A stretch of DNA of 64,000 nucleotides. Origin: Macrostomum lignano. Lineage: Eukaryota. Position numbers and translations under genes: made by a program. The notes below the pieces were generated by a model, which was given only the letters and a program-made list of their open reading frames with translations, did not search any database and had not been told where the DNA came from. Of this stretch, positions 1 to 15,153 are shown in pieces (the first letter of the stretch is position 1; each line of letters opens with the position of its first letter). Location: contig NIVC01001673.1 of assembly GCA_002269645.1 (NCBI GenBank), positions 62,001 through 126,000 on the forward strand. The letters run 5' to 3'.

Positions 1-1756
1 ATTTCCGACTACCCTTTTTTACTGGGGAACGGGGAGACTGACGAAATAAGCCAACGACTGGGGGCACAGGGTGGACACAGAGGACCAAAAACTGGGGACA
101 GTGGGAAAGGGTCAGAAGGTGGTTTAATAAGTCACGTAAACTAAATTTAGAAATTAAAATAATAAAGTTCACTAAATTGTTAGTGGCAGCCCCCAACTGC
201 CACATTAGTCTACATTTTCTTAGAAAAATAATGAAACGAAAAAATGCACAAATTACGGATAATAGTAAGAAAATCCACCAAACGTTTAAGTGTGACTGTA
301 TTAATTTTTTATTTGTGTGACGACGTCGTTAACATCTTAAATTTTTAGTTTCTATGTGAGTTTTTATTACTTAAAATTATTGTAGTTGATTAATTTGCAG
401 GTTCCCCAGCTATTAATTTAATGTAATTTATTTAGAAAAGAATGTACTTTAAGTTTTATTTATTTAAGTCCAAGTTATTACTACTTTTTTGATAGATATC
501 TTAGGTTTAAATGAATCGGATTTCCCCGCCAATTTAAATGTTGCCTCGCGCTCGTTAATTGTACTTTCCTCTACTCGGCGTTTTGTCTCGTGCCCCGCGT
601 GTCAACACTACTACTAATTGAACTAGCTAACGAATAAATAATTAAATAAATAATTAATTAAATAATCGCTTACTAAATCTCGAACTCGCTACGCTACGCC
701 ACAATTTGTCAAATCTAATTAACCGAATTTAATAAATACTTTATAAATATATATAAATTTGTTTTACTCGTATTTCAAAACAAAATTTATCTGGCACAGC
801 TGGAGTTTAATCCACTTCGGTAATAATAGCCATTTTGGTAACAGCCACTTGGGTAACAAAGCAAATTTACAATTGTCAACACTATTTTTATGATAATTAA
901 GTTTAGCAATAATTAGTTTAATAATTAACATCTTAAATATCTTATAGCACATATCATTAAACTTTCTTTTGAAATGGATTAGTGTTCTCTCGTTTTCACT
1001 CTGTTCCTTGTCACGTGCGCTAGTCATCGTCTTGTGGCCTGTAACGACGAACTCTACTGTGAAGACTTAATTTATTACCTGCTACATGTAGATTAAAAAG
1101 CTTTCATCCTTTATTAAATTCTACAAAAGCCTGCCTTTTCCGATTAGCAAAGCCAGTCAATTAAAAAATGAAGATTCCTAGCTAAAACTATAAAATTAGG
1201 TCTATAAATGCACTTTACGAACTAATTCATCATATAATTCTATTCGTACGACTGTCATCCAAAAATTGTATGAATAAATGTACAGATTCTTTTTTTCAGT
1301 TTTACATTACATAAATTTAAGAAACGGATAAACTTCGGTTTTTTAACTACCAAAACAGCAACCTTTCTAGGAACAAGTAGAAAAGTATTCATATACTAAC
1401 TTTTGTTACCAGGGACAACTGAGTCACTCTAGTTGTCCTGGTGTTACCCACAAGGCCAAAGTAGTTTTTACCTTTGTGAAGTTATGGCAGGCTCATAAAG
1501 CCTCGATCTTGTCGGCGAGGCGTCAAAAGTGTCTACATGTGCCTAACATACACGTAGCTAAGGACCACCGTATAACTGCACGACCTGTTAAACCCCAGCT
1601 GACTAGCCAAAGTGCTAGCTCCTCGTGGTCGGAAAAGGACAAAGATGCTGTGGGGGAGACCAGCTCCTCTGACCGCGATCTCTCGATCCTCATCTGCACC
1701 GGAAGGCTGGTGGAAGACGATCGTGCAAAACAAGTTTTATTTGTGAATGGAGGCCA

Positions 1757-1807
1757 GCGCCTGCTCAGCTGAGCGCACCGCGGCCGAGGCTGCAGGTCTG
1801 GTCCAGC
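1757..1807 (-). pseudogene. Degenerate F-box exon remnant related to the F-box gene at 8355-8405
   Basis: cgcctgctcagctgagcgcacc...ctggtccagc is shared with 8358-8403 (LDQ...CAQLSRR); the frame is broken. Confidence 0.5.
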
Positions 1808-2304
1808 CTACAACAGAAGACATGCGTGCGAGAGCTTTCAACCAAAGCTGAGCCGGCCATTACCAGGTGTGGGAATTTTTGAGATGTTGGTGGAAACCGT
1901 GAAGTCAGCTTGCAGAATGCATTTTATACCTGACTCAGTCCAGTACTCATACGTGTTTAAATGCCTGCCGTCAAATCACAGCCCTCACTCAGTATATCTA
2001 GCATTTGTCATGAAACAGAAAATGAAGAAGAGCTACGCCGATTCGCTTTGCAAAGTTTTAAAAGCCCACGAGGCAAAATTCGCAGTGTATAATGTTGCAC
2101 TTTTCAGTACAATAAATAAAAGTATATTTTACTAAAGACTGATAGAATTACATTATCAAGAAAAAATGGCGCCAAAAGTGCTGTGGCACTGTGGAGTTAT
2201 AAAACCTTCCAACGAATGTTTTAGTTAAAAAAAGCGCAATGAATTCGCGTGGTTTTACTCGTATTATGCAAGGAATCCTAGACATATTGAGTATTCGCAG
2301 TAAG

Positions 2305-2490
2305 AGTCCGTCGCTTAGTGGCTTGAGTGCTTCAGTTCACGCAAGCTGTAAAATGGGTGCCAGCATTAGCTGGGGTAATTGAGGGTGTGTGGCAACTCCT
2401 CCCAGTCCTTTGACTGAACAGCCGTACGCGCCATAGCTGCGGCTGAGCTGTCGGTTGCACATCTGCGCAATATAGCAGGTGTAATAAAAC
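2305..2490 (+). mobile_element. Possible SINE remnant
   Basis: tRNA A-box-like start (cttagtggcttgagtgc) followed by gctgtaaaatgggtgccagc, which resembles SINE central domains; no B-box seen. Confidence 0.3.
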
Positions 2491-3035
2491 TTTAGCTATA
2501 AGAATGAATAAATAATCTTTGAGTAAAAAACTGGCCCTTAAACGCGACAGAAACATGAAATTAAGTCGTTAGAAAGCAAGTTAATAAGACAGAAATAAGC
2601 AAGAAAATAAGCCTGGGGCTTATCGAGCAATTCACGTCCACGAGAGTCGAAATCCCAAGGTACAGAGTATGCACGCCTGTCGATAAGAAAGATAGGACTG
2701 CTGTGCACCCTGTATGAGTGCGTGCTCAGGGATTGGCGAACCGGCTTAATCCGTTCCCGAGTTAGGGGGATCTCTAAATCTTTATCTCTCCGTTAGGCTT
2801 AGGGTTAAGTTTATCGGAGATATGAACTTTCGGAAATTATGTTTAGGCGATATGGTGTTTTGGAGATATAAGTGTCGGAGGTATGGGACCCCCCCCCTTC
2901 CCGGCAGTGCGTCGAGCTCCCCGGCAACAATTAAAGCACTAGAAACTAAGAAGAAAATAAAGACTAAAACACTATAGACTATTTGAGAGAAAAAACGTAA
3001 AAATTGTTAACGAAACAGCAAGCTGCAGTTGTCAG

Positions 3036-6000
3036 TCAAAGGACAAAAAAAGTAGGTCGAAACCAGTTTTCAACTCTCACAGGGTGATCGAAACCAGCGC
3101 AAAAAGCTTGAAAATCTGACCCGGAAATCGGGTGCTGTTTATAGCCCGTGGCTCCCGGCCGGTGAACCGGAAAAGGACTTTCTCTGGCTTCATCATGGAT
3201 GTGCAGAGCCAGGTGAGTCAGCTGCGGGCAGCCGCTGGCGATGCTGGGCAGACAGGCGGCGGTCAGGCGGCTGCAGTCGGACAGGAACAGCCGCCGCAGC
3301 CCCCTGACGGCCGGGCTGGCGCACAGGTCGGCAACCGCCTCATCGGTGAGGCTGGACTCGCTGCATTTTTCAGCATGAAAATTCTGCAGTTCGGCTGTGG
3401 TGGCGACGACTTGCTGGGTTCTCAGACTCGCCCAGGCCTGGCGGGTCAGGCGGCTGCAGTTGGTGAGGTGGAGGCAGCGCAGGCGGGGCAGCCGGGAGAG
3501 CAGAGCCGGCAGCAGGTCGTCGCAACAAAAGTCCAGAACTAGAAGGCTCAGGCCTGAAGTTCGGTACAGGCAATTCAGAGGTAATTCCTGAATTGCTTAA
3601 TTAAAGATGACAGGCGGAATAGCTTCACACTTACAGCCAATTGAGCTAAGCAAAGCGCGGACTCAGGCCTGAGCAGAACCAGCAACAGACCCGCTCACCT
3701 GAGCAGCCACCAGCCCACACCAGCAACAGACCCGCTCACCTGAGCAGCCACCAGTCCACACCAGCAACAGACCCGCTCACCTGAGCAGCCACCAGCCCAC
3801 ACCAGCAACAGACCCGCTCACCTGAGCAGCCACCAGCCCACACCAGCAACAGACCCGCTCACCTGAGCAGCCACCAGCCCACACCAGCAACAGACCCGCT
3901 CACCTGAGCAGCCACCAGTCCACACCAGCAACAGACCCGCTCACCTGAGCAGCCACCAGCCCACACCAGCAACAGACCCGCTCACCTGAGCAGCCACCAG
4001 CCCACACCAGCAACAGACCCGCTCACCTGAGCAGCCACCAGCCCACACCAGCATCAGACCCGCTCACCTGAGCAGCCACCAGCCCACACCAGCAACAGAC
4101 CCGCTCACCTGAGCAGCCACCAGCCCACACCAGCAACAGACCCGCTCACCTGAGCAGCCACCAGCCCACACCAGCAACAGACCCGCTCACCTGAGCAGCC
4201 ACCAGCCCACACCAGCAACAGACCCGCTCACCTGAGCAGCCACCAGCCCACACCAGCAACAGACCCGCTCACCTGAGCAGCCACCAGCCCACACCAGCAA
4301 CTCACCTGAGCAGCCACCAGTCCACACCAGCAACAGACCCGCTCACCTGAGCAGCCACCAGCCCACACCAGCAACTCACCTGAGCAGCCACCAGTCCACA
4401 CCAGCAACAGACCCGCTCACCTGAGCAGCCACCAGCCCACACCAGCATCAGACCCGCTCACCTGAGCAGCCACCAGCCCACACCAGCAACAGACCCGCTC
4501 ACCTGAGCAGCCACCAGCCCACACCAGCAACAGACCCGCTCACCTGAGCAGCCACCAGCCCACACCAGCAACAGACCCGCTCACCTGAGCAGCCACCAGT
4601 CCACACCAGCAACAGACCCGCTCACCTGAGCAGCCACCAGCCCACACCAGCAACAGACCCGCTCACCTGAGCAGCCACCAGCCCACACCAGCAACAGACC
4701 CGCTCACCTGAGCAGCCACCAGCCCACACCAGCATCAGACCCGCTCACCTGAGCAGCCACCAGCCCACACCAGCAACAGACCCGCTCACCTGAGCAGCCA
4801 CCAGCCCACACCAGCAACAGACCCGCTCACCTGAGCAGCCACCAGCCCACACCAGCAACAGACCCGCTCACCTGAGCAGCCACCAGCCCACACCAGCAAC
4901 AGACCCGCTCACCTGAGCAGCCACCAGCCCACACCAGCAACAGACCCGCTCACCTGAGCAGCCACCAGCCCACACCAGCAACTCACCTGAGCAGCCACCA
5001 GTCCACACCAGCAACAGACCCGCTCACCTGAGCAGCCACCAGCCCACACCAGCAACTCACCTGAGCAGCCACCAGTCCACACCAGCAACAGACCCGCTCA
5101 CCTGAGCAGCCACCAGCCCACACCAGCAACAGACCCGCTCACCTGAGCAGCCACCAGCCCACACCAGCAACTCACCTGAGCAGCCACCAGCCCACACCAG
5201 CAACAGACCCGCTCACCTGAGCAGCCACCAGCCCACACCAGCAACTCACCTGAGCAGCCACCAGCCCACACCAGCAACAGACCCGCTCACCTGAGCAGCC
5301 ACCAGCCCACACCAGCAACTCACCTGAGCAGTTAAACAATGTGTCCATCAGCCTCAAGCCTTTGAGATTCGTGGTAGCAAATCCAAAAGCTCTGGGTGGA
5401 AGTAGTATATGTTTAATAGACTCGGGACAAAATCCTAAGCAATAAACTGCTACAAGTAGCTAGCTTTGCTTTTTAACAAGAACTAAGAGTCCCTAAGTCA
5501 AACGATCGTTCCGTGTTTTTAATGGCTAAGCGCTACAATAAGAAGCGGCTTGAACCTTCTTTATTCTTTATTTATAGATTCGGCTAAAAATTTGAGCGTG
5601 TAAATTTGGAGGCCACCGAGAGATGACCGCGGAAATTGAGCGAGTTTGGGAAATAAAAACACACTCAAACGAGATTTTTTAAACACATTTTGACTCGATC
5701 CTACTAAAGTCGGTCATTTCGCGGACTTTTTTTCTGTGGAAAACTCGGTCCCAAAAACTGTTGATCGTGATTTGATCATTTTCTCGGTCTAAAATTCGGT
5801 CCCAAAACCTGGCACTGTGTGACTCGGTCAGATTCTCGGTCGAAAACTCAGTGACTTGGTAATTTCATATCAAATATGGCACTTCTTTTAAACATATTGG
5901 AAAGCTTTGCGTTTAGAAATTTACTTCCAATATGCTACTACTATTAGTGGTATTAGTGACTATGGTACTATGGTATTAGTGAATCTCCGACTTTTGACCG

Positions 6001-9000
6001 TAGAAAAATCTAATATCTCTACGTAAGGTTTTCAAACTAGACATCAATTGCAAAAATAGACTTCCAACACTTTAGAATAAGGTCGCTGACTTAATACTTT
6101 GTAGTTTTAGGAATCGGTGTACTGCATACCCCAGAAATTTCATAAGACCGAAATTTCACAACGCCGAAAATTACTGCACGATCCTTCACAAGACCGAAAC
6201 TTCACAAGACCGAAACTTCATAAGACCGAAATTTCGCAACGCCGGAAACTGCTGCACGATTCTTCACAAGACCGAAACTTCATAAGACCGAAATTTCGCA
6301 ACGCCGGAAACTGCTGCACGATCCTTCACAAGACCGAAACTTCATAAGACCGAAATTTCGCAACGCCGGAAACTGCTGCACGATCCTTCACAAGACCGAA
6401 ACTTCATAAGACCGAAATTTCACAACGCCGGAAACTGCTGCACGATCCTTCACAAGACCGAAATTTCACAACGCCGAAAACTGCTGCACGATCCTTCACA
6501 AGACCGAAACCTCACAAGACCGAAACTTCACAACGCCGAAAATTCTGCATGCTCCTTATTGTATTAAGTTTTCTACGGTGTGAAATTTCGGTCTTATGAA
6601 GTTTCGGTCTTGTGAAGGGTAGTGCTTTTCGGCGTTGTGAGATTTCGGTCTTATGAAAGCGACCCAGAAGCAAGGACTAACATATTAAAAAAATAAATAC
6701 GGGAACTATTAAGGCAATAGAAAAATGCGACAAAAGCAACTATTGGCGCTACCAACATTCCGCGCCGAGGGCCGGCTTAAACGGCGACGAGAGGAAATTT
6801 TCCACTTTGGCGAATTTGTCGACCGCCACGATGGGCGACGCCGATGGAGCGGACAATTTGCCTCTACCGACCGCCACGACTGGAGACGCCAAAACCGCGC
6901 TGCTGTGCGACATGCACGCATTCAACCAAGTCGACATAAGCTTCGGTTTGCGGTATGCAGAGGAAATTCTGCCAATAGCAAGTAAGTTTCCAAACAGCAA
7001 GTAACGCGTGCTTAGTGTACTGACATCTGAAGCAGCACCATATCCAATGTACTTCTGTGCACGCGTAACAATTCGCGATGTAACCACAAACTGTGCGTAC
7101 TGCTTGCTACCTACCTACAACGAAAACCAGGGCCAAATTCTAGTGCATGGATATAGCGCGCCAGATTCGACAACTAATCGAACATCTTTTAACCCACGTC
7201 AATTTATCTGTAACTGGAAAATTTCTGATCGAACGGTGCAAATTTGAAGAAAATCGGTTGAGACGTTTTTCTGAAATCTATTAAATACCTACCCACAGAC
7301 AACTCATTTTTATATATTGAGAAAGTAAGGTAGATAGAGATAGAGATAGTACTTAGTAAGGTAGCGAGCTTAAGGTAGCCATTTTTGACAGTGATTTAGT
7401 ACCGAGTCCTCACCGTGATTTAGTACGTACCGAGTTCTGACCGTGATTTAGTACCGAGTTCTGACCGTGATTTACATGTAGTACCGAGTTTTGACCTGTA
7501 AAACTACCGAGCTTCCAGTTCTGATGCTTCTCGCTCAGAAAGTGTCCGTAGCGAGTTTTTTAAACCAAAAAATCGAGCTGCCAATTTGACTCGGTTACCG
7601 AGTTCGTTTTAGCGAGTTTCTCGCTCAAAATTTTCAGCCGGGAGAAACACGCTCCCGCCCACCTCCCGTAGTTCTCGCGCGACGCTTCACCACGCCGTCG
7701 TGTAAACTCTTTTTCACCTGGCTAACTACAAGTACAAGAATGCATCATCCTTACATCAGCGCAGAACTTCAGGTCTTCAACAAACTCAATAGAGAAATCA
7801 AACACGTAGAATTTCAGGCTAACCAGCTTCGGACACTTCGGAATGAAGTGAAGCAGGTTACCACAATTATCCTCAAGATCATCGCCATAAAAATCAAAAG
7901 ACAAGTTGGCCAGTCGGGCAACCAGCTGGTTGAGAAGCTGCCTGTTCTGCGAATCTGCGAGCGAGTACAGGGGTATCATAGTGCGATAGAACCATTTTCC
8001 AAGAATGTCCATCAGCGACAGGCGGGGACAGCCGGTCAGCAGGCTGCTCAGCGCATCGTCCGAGAGCGCATTGTCGCAGTGACTGACGCTCAGTTCCTGC
8101 AGGCTGTGGCAGCTGCGGCCCACGGCAATCAGCGCTGAGTCACCATTGACGCGAAACAATCCGAGGCTGGTGAGGTTCACGGATGCGGCCAGCACCTGGG
8201 GCAGCTTTTGTGGGTCAGTCATTGAGTAGCCATCAATCTCCCGCACAACGTCCCTCAGAAAGCTGGTAAACGATACCGTCAGTTCGACATTTGAGGAAGT
8301 GCCAAAGCCAATGCGGATTTTGCGCCACAGCTGCGGCTGCGTGGCCAGCCGATGCAAGCGCCTGCTCAGCTGAGCGCACCGGCCGCGGCTGGCCTGGTCC
8401 AGCTCGGACAGGATCCGCGTGAGCAGCACTTCTGGTAGAGTTTCGATCGCGCAGTGGCTCGTAGAGGTCGACTGCGGGATTCAATAAGTTATATCGCTTC
8501 TAGCCTAAAGTCGCAGACACGGGACGGATGATGTCCAGCACTAGATCGCTACAACCCCAAGCGCATTCATCTGGGGCTTGTGTGCGCGAAAATTGGCCAG
8601 CGAGTTGTGCGATCCACACACATGAGGGCCAGCCTCCCAGGGACAGTGTAGATGCCTGAGGAAGTCAGGGGCCACTGTACACCCTGAGTGAGCGTGTGCA
8701 CGAGTGCCGTGCGCGCAGGAGTCAGACGAATGAGCAGAATTGCCTCACCACTGGTTGTAAGACCAGTGTTGCTGAAGGCGGTGCGAAAGGGTACACGCAG
8801 CACTACTGCGGATGTTTGATTTATCCTAATTTATCCAACAGGGTCACGGGCAAGGAACCTGTAGAATACCTGGTTTACCCTCTTGCATGCTAAAAGCTAT
8901 TTGGGACCCGGATGGCTTCCAGAGCGTGCAAAACTTCACAAAAATGCAGGAGCAGCAGAAGGCAACAACAGCAGTCTTACATCCTGCTCGGAGTCCGAGC

Positions 9001-9046
9001 CACTTTGAGGCCTCGTTGACTCGGCACCCGCCGCCTGGGCCATCAT
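3036..9046 (-). CDS. F-box/LRR (FBXL-type) protein, ~478 aa, 4 coding exons: 9046-8981, 8471-7755, ~5459-5324, 3553-3036
   Basis: F-box motif IETLPEVLLTRILSELDQASRGRCAQLSRRLHRLATQPQLW; cysteine-type LRRs (LQELSVSHC, LRCLHLTNCSRLT, LRRLFLSDCSRLT); GT-AG junctions give phases 0,0,1; the exon 3 acceptor is weak and uncertain. Confidence 0.8.
3680..5330. repeat. 41-bp minisatellite (~40 copies, with 33-bp variants) in FBXL intron 3
   Basis: Unit accagcaacagacccgctcacctgagcagccaccagcccac. Confidence 0.95.
6135..6665. mobile_element. MITE-like element with tandem subterminal repeats and inverted ends
   Basis: tttcataagaccgaaatttcacaacgccgaaaa at left; its reverse complement at ~6627-6658; internal tandem copies. 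Confidence 0.6.
7215..7320 (+). mobile_element. Short fragment of the Helitron-like repeat family seen at 50.8 and 53.3 kb
   Basis: gaaaatttctgatcgaa...tttgaagaaaatcggttgag matches 50804-50850. Confidence 0.55.
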
Positions 9047-9689
9047 CAATGATCGGCGCTGACTCAGCTGATCAATCTTGCACGAGAATGAGAACTTATG
9101 AATTTCTATGGGGAGAGAGAACAAGAAAGGGGAGATGAGAGGAGAGAAGATGAGAGGGAAGAGGAGAGGAGAGGAGAGTAGAGAAAAAAAGAGAAGAAAA
9201 GAGAGGAGATAACTTAGAAGATACACAAATCCGAACTATATTGTTATAGATATATTGCTATTGTGAAGTTTCAAAGGACCCGAGGTCCGGATAGAGAGGC
9301 TTCGCGGACCGGAGGTTGCCGACCCCCGCTATAGCGGCTAAGCTAAAAATTAACGAAAAAGACGAGAGAAAAAGACTGCGCAAAATTGATTTTACTATCT
9401 GCAAAATAGCGGCAGGTGAAACCATTGGCTGACAAGTGCAAAGCTTATTATTGAAGTGCAGTTTAGCATTGAAATGAGCGCCGCGACACTTCACGCAATA
9501 AAGCTGTACATGCGAAATTAATGCGAAATTAGCTGTACGCTGCTCATAACTGGTAACAGGGGTAAGTTGACCAGTTGCTCATCACTTTTATTTAAACTGA
9601 GCTTCTTAAGTCGGCATTGCGATCGAGTATTCAACGTAAATATGGGTCTGCTAAGCTAACATAGCAACAACGGGTAACTACGGTAAAGA

Positions 9690-10480
9690 ATAGGAAAAGG
9701 GAAAGGAGGATGGGAGAGGAAGGAGAAGAGAAATATAGGAGGGAGGATAGAGGGGAGGGGGAGGATAGCGGGGAGGGGGATAGAGGGGAGGATAGAGGGG
9801 GAGGATAGAGGGAAGGGGGATAGAGGGATGATAGAGGAGGGAGGATAGAGGGGGGAAAGAGGGAGGATAGAGGGGAGGGTAGAGGGGAGGGGATAGAGGG
9901 GAGGATAGAGGGGGAGGATAGAGGGGGGAAAGAGGGAGGATAGAGGGGAGGGTAGAGGGGAGGGGGATAGAGGGGAGGATAGAGGGGGAGGATAGAAGGA
10001 AGGGGGATAGAGGGGATGATAGAGGAGGGAGGATAGAGGGGGGAAAGAGGGAGGATAGAGGGGAGGATAGAAGGAAGGGGGATAGAGGGGATGATAGAGG
10101 GGCAGGATAGAGGGGATAGAGGGGGGGGAAAGAGGGAGGATAGAGGGGAGGATAGAGGGGAGGGGGATAGAGGGGAGGGGGATAGAGGGGAGGATAGAGG
10201 GATAGAGGGGAGGATAGAAGGGAGGGGATAGAGGGGATGATAGAGGGGGAGGATAGAGGGGGGAAAGAGGGAGGATAGAGGGGAGGGTAGAGGGGAGGGG
10301 GATAGAGGGGAGGATAGAGGGGAGGGGGATAGAGGGGAGGATAGAGGGGAGGGGGATAGAGGGGAGGATAGAGGGGAGGGGGATAGAGGGGAGGGTAGAG
10401 GGAGGGGGATAGAGGGGAGGGTAGAGGGGAGGGGATAGAGGGAGGGGGATAGACAAGATAGAGGCAAGACAGAGGGGAGA
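9690..10480. repeat. Polypurine/polypyrimidine minisatellite (GGATAGAGGG-type units)
   Basis: ~800 bp of almost only G/A on the + strand; source of the Pro/Ser/Leu artefact ORFs. Confidence 0.95.
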
Positions 10481-10607
10481 CCAGGAGACAATATACTGAA
10501 GGTTGCATTTCTGAAACAGACTCAAAAAGGTAAATTCCGACCAGTCTCAGACTGAGAGCAGAACAAAAGCAGATGGAATAGCATCGCCAGTCAAATGCAG
10601 GTGCAGG

Positions 10608-12824
<2,217 letters not shown>

Positions 12825-13710
12825 GGCGCAGCGGGCGAGCTCTGCTGCGGGACAGAGTTGAGCAACTCGGGACTGCGATAAAATACCCAAAAATATGTCT
12901 TGCCAAAAAACATGTTTTCACCTCAAAACACATACATGCGCAATGAGGTTCTAGAGGGTAAAAACCAAAGGGGTAAGGTAGAGGTGGCTTTGTTTTTGCA
13001 AAAAGTTGCTTGGTTCCTTTCTGTTTTTTCAGGTTTCTATATAAGGGAGGGGCAACTACCCCATAGTTATATAACTATGTATATTAATGCATTGGGCATT
13101 TAAAAACATTAATTGATTATAAAAGGGGAATAAAGCCTTATGAATTATGCTTATAAAATAAGAAAACAAAATATTTAAATTGAATTGATGAAAATATTAA
13201 AATTTTTAAATTTAGATATTAAATGCTATTTGTATATTTTATAACTACAACTTGAACTTAATTGCACTTGACTTATATTATAACTATTGACTTATTAGAA
13301 GACTACCATAGATATTTTTTGTATTAGTTGTCACCATATAAGCTAGAATATACATGCACAATTTCTGGCCAACCTAGCTGATCTGGTCACTATAAATTAT
13401 GATGGTCTAGTGATAGTCATAAAAATGCCCACCTAAAATAATATAAATATAGCATTAATTGCATGATGAGGCATTTAGCCTTAATAATGAATTAAATAAA
13501 TTATATAATGGAAATATAAATCTTAACAAAATAACTACAACCAAATATTATGAAATGTCTCTTATCACTAAAATGACAATACTCATGAAATCTTTGATTT
13601 TTCATTGAAAATGAAGTGTGTCTATCACAATAGCAACTTGTGACCAAAAATTAAAATGACTATTTGTCACCAAAATGACTATTTGTCACCGAAATGACTG
13701 GTACCCTTAA

Positions 13711-15153
13711 CAGTAGAACTACCAAGGGGGGGGAAAGTTTCCCCCCCTGACAAATTTTTTTGCTGCGCCGGAACGGAGCAACACAGACACACAAAATTCA
13801 AGAACACGGGCTAACTTTTTGTTGCGCACCTTCTCAAACAAGAATCAAGTCGCCAGCCCTCCGGACCGTCGAGATATTCGACGATTCTGCCAGAAGGTCG
13901 GATTTTTCCCATAAGCGCTAGTGTATTCAGTACACCCCTGTGCGCCAATCAGCACTGCGCCTCAGTGCAGCCTTGCCAAGTCTCCAAATTTCATCAGCAC
14001 GTCGACCACATGTGTCTGCATCAGCTCTGACTTCGTTGGTCACTAGCCTTCACCCAGGCGGAGCTTCTGGACCTTCAACAGGTGGCACCAAGTGACTATG
14101 GACACTCTGATACGAATTTCTCGAGTTTTGCTGATCAAGCCTCGATAGTGGGCATACCTCATCAATAAGTCGGGATGATGACGGAATGCTTGAGAGACTA
14201 GCTGAGGGTGTCCGGCAGTTGAGGCTTGCCTACTGTCGAGGCTTGATCGGTGAAACTCGAGAAGTTCGCATCAGGGTGTTCATAGTCGCCTGGTGTCATC
14301 TGTTGAAGGTGCCGATGGCGTCCGAGTGATGACTGAATGCTTGAGAGATTAGCTGAGGGTGTCCAGAAGTTGAGGCTTGCTCACTGTTGAGGCTTGATCA
14401 GTGAAACTAGAGAAATTTGCATCAGGGTGTTCATAGTCGCCTGGTGTCATCTGTTGAAGGTGCCGACGGCGTCGGGGTGATGACTGAATGCTTGAGAGAC
14501 TAGCTGAAGATGTTCCGCGGTTGAGGCTTGCCCATTGGCAAGGCTTGATCAGCGAAACTAGAGAAATTTGCATCAGGGTGTTCATAGTCACCTGGTGTAA
14601 TCCGTTGAAGGTGCCGACGGCGTCGGGGTGATGATGGAAGGCTCGAGAGACTAGCTGAGGATACCTAGCAGTTGAGGTATGCCCACTGTCGAGGCTTGAT
14701 CAGCGAAACTCGAGAAATTCGTATCAGAGTGTCTATAGTCACTTGGTGCCACCTGTTGAAGGTCCAGAAGCTCCGCCTAGGTGAAGGCTAGTGACCAACG
14801 AAGTCAGAGCTGATGCAGACACATGTGGTCGACGTGCTGATGAAATTTGGAGACTTGGCAAGGCTGCACTGAGGCGCAGTGCTGATTGGCGCACAGGGGT
14901 GTACTGAATACACTAGCGCTTATGGGAAAAATCCGACCTGGCAGAATCGTCGAATATCTCGACGGTCCAGAGGGCTGGCGACTTGATTCTTGTTTGAGAA
15001 GGTGCGCAACAAAAAGTTAGCCCGTGTTCTTGAATTTTGTGTGTCTGCGTTGCTCCGTTCCGGCGCAGCAAAAAAATTTGTCAGGGGGGGGGGAAACTTT
15101 TCCCCCTCCCTTGGTAGTTCGACGGGCGGAAAAATGGCTTGGTATTCCTACTG
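13711..15153. mobile_element. Non-autonomous foldback/DNA transposon with ~445-bp inverted repeats, flanked by TTAA
   Basis: 13716-14160 is the near-exact reverse complement of 14674-15120; ends cagtag...ctactg; TTAA at 13707-13710 and 15154-15157; internal 151-bp tandem units. Confidence 0.85.

Noticed and set aside
8520-8880. Possible hammerhead ribozyme (CTGAGGA at ~8657) in a structured intronic segment
   Set aside because: No correctly placed GAAA and stem III found; only a small hairpin at ~8748-8767
9631-10525. Three overlapping 276-289 aa Pro/Ser/Leu ORFs
   Set aside because: Translations of the polypyrimidine strand of a minisatellite, open in all three frames
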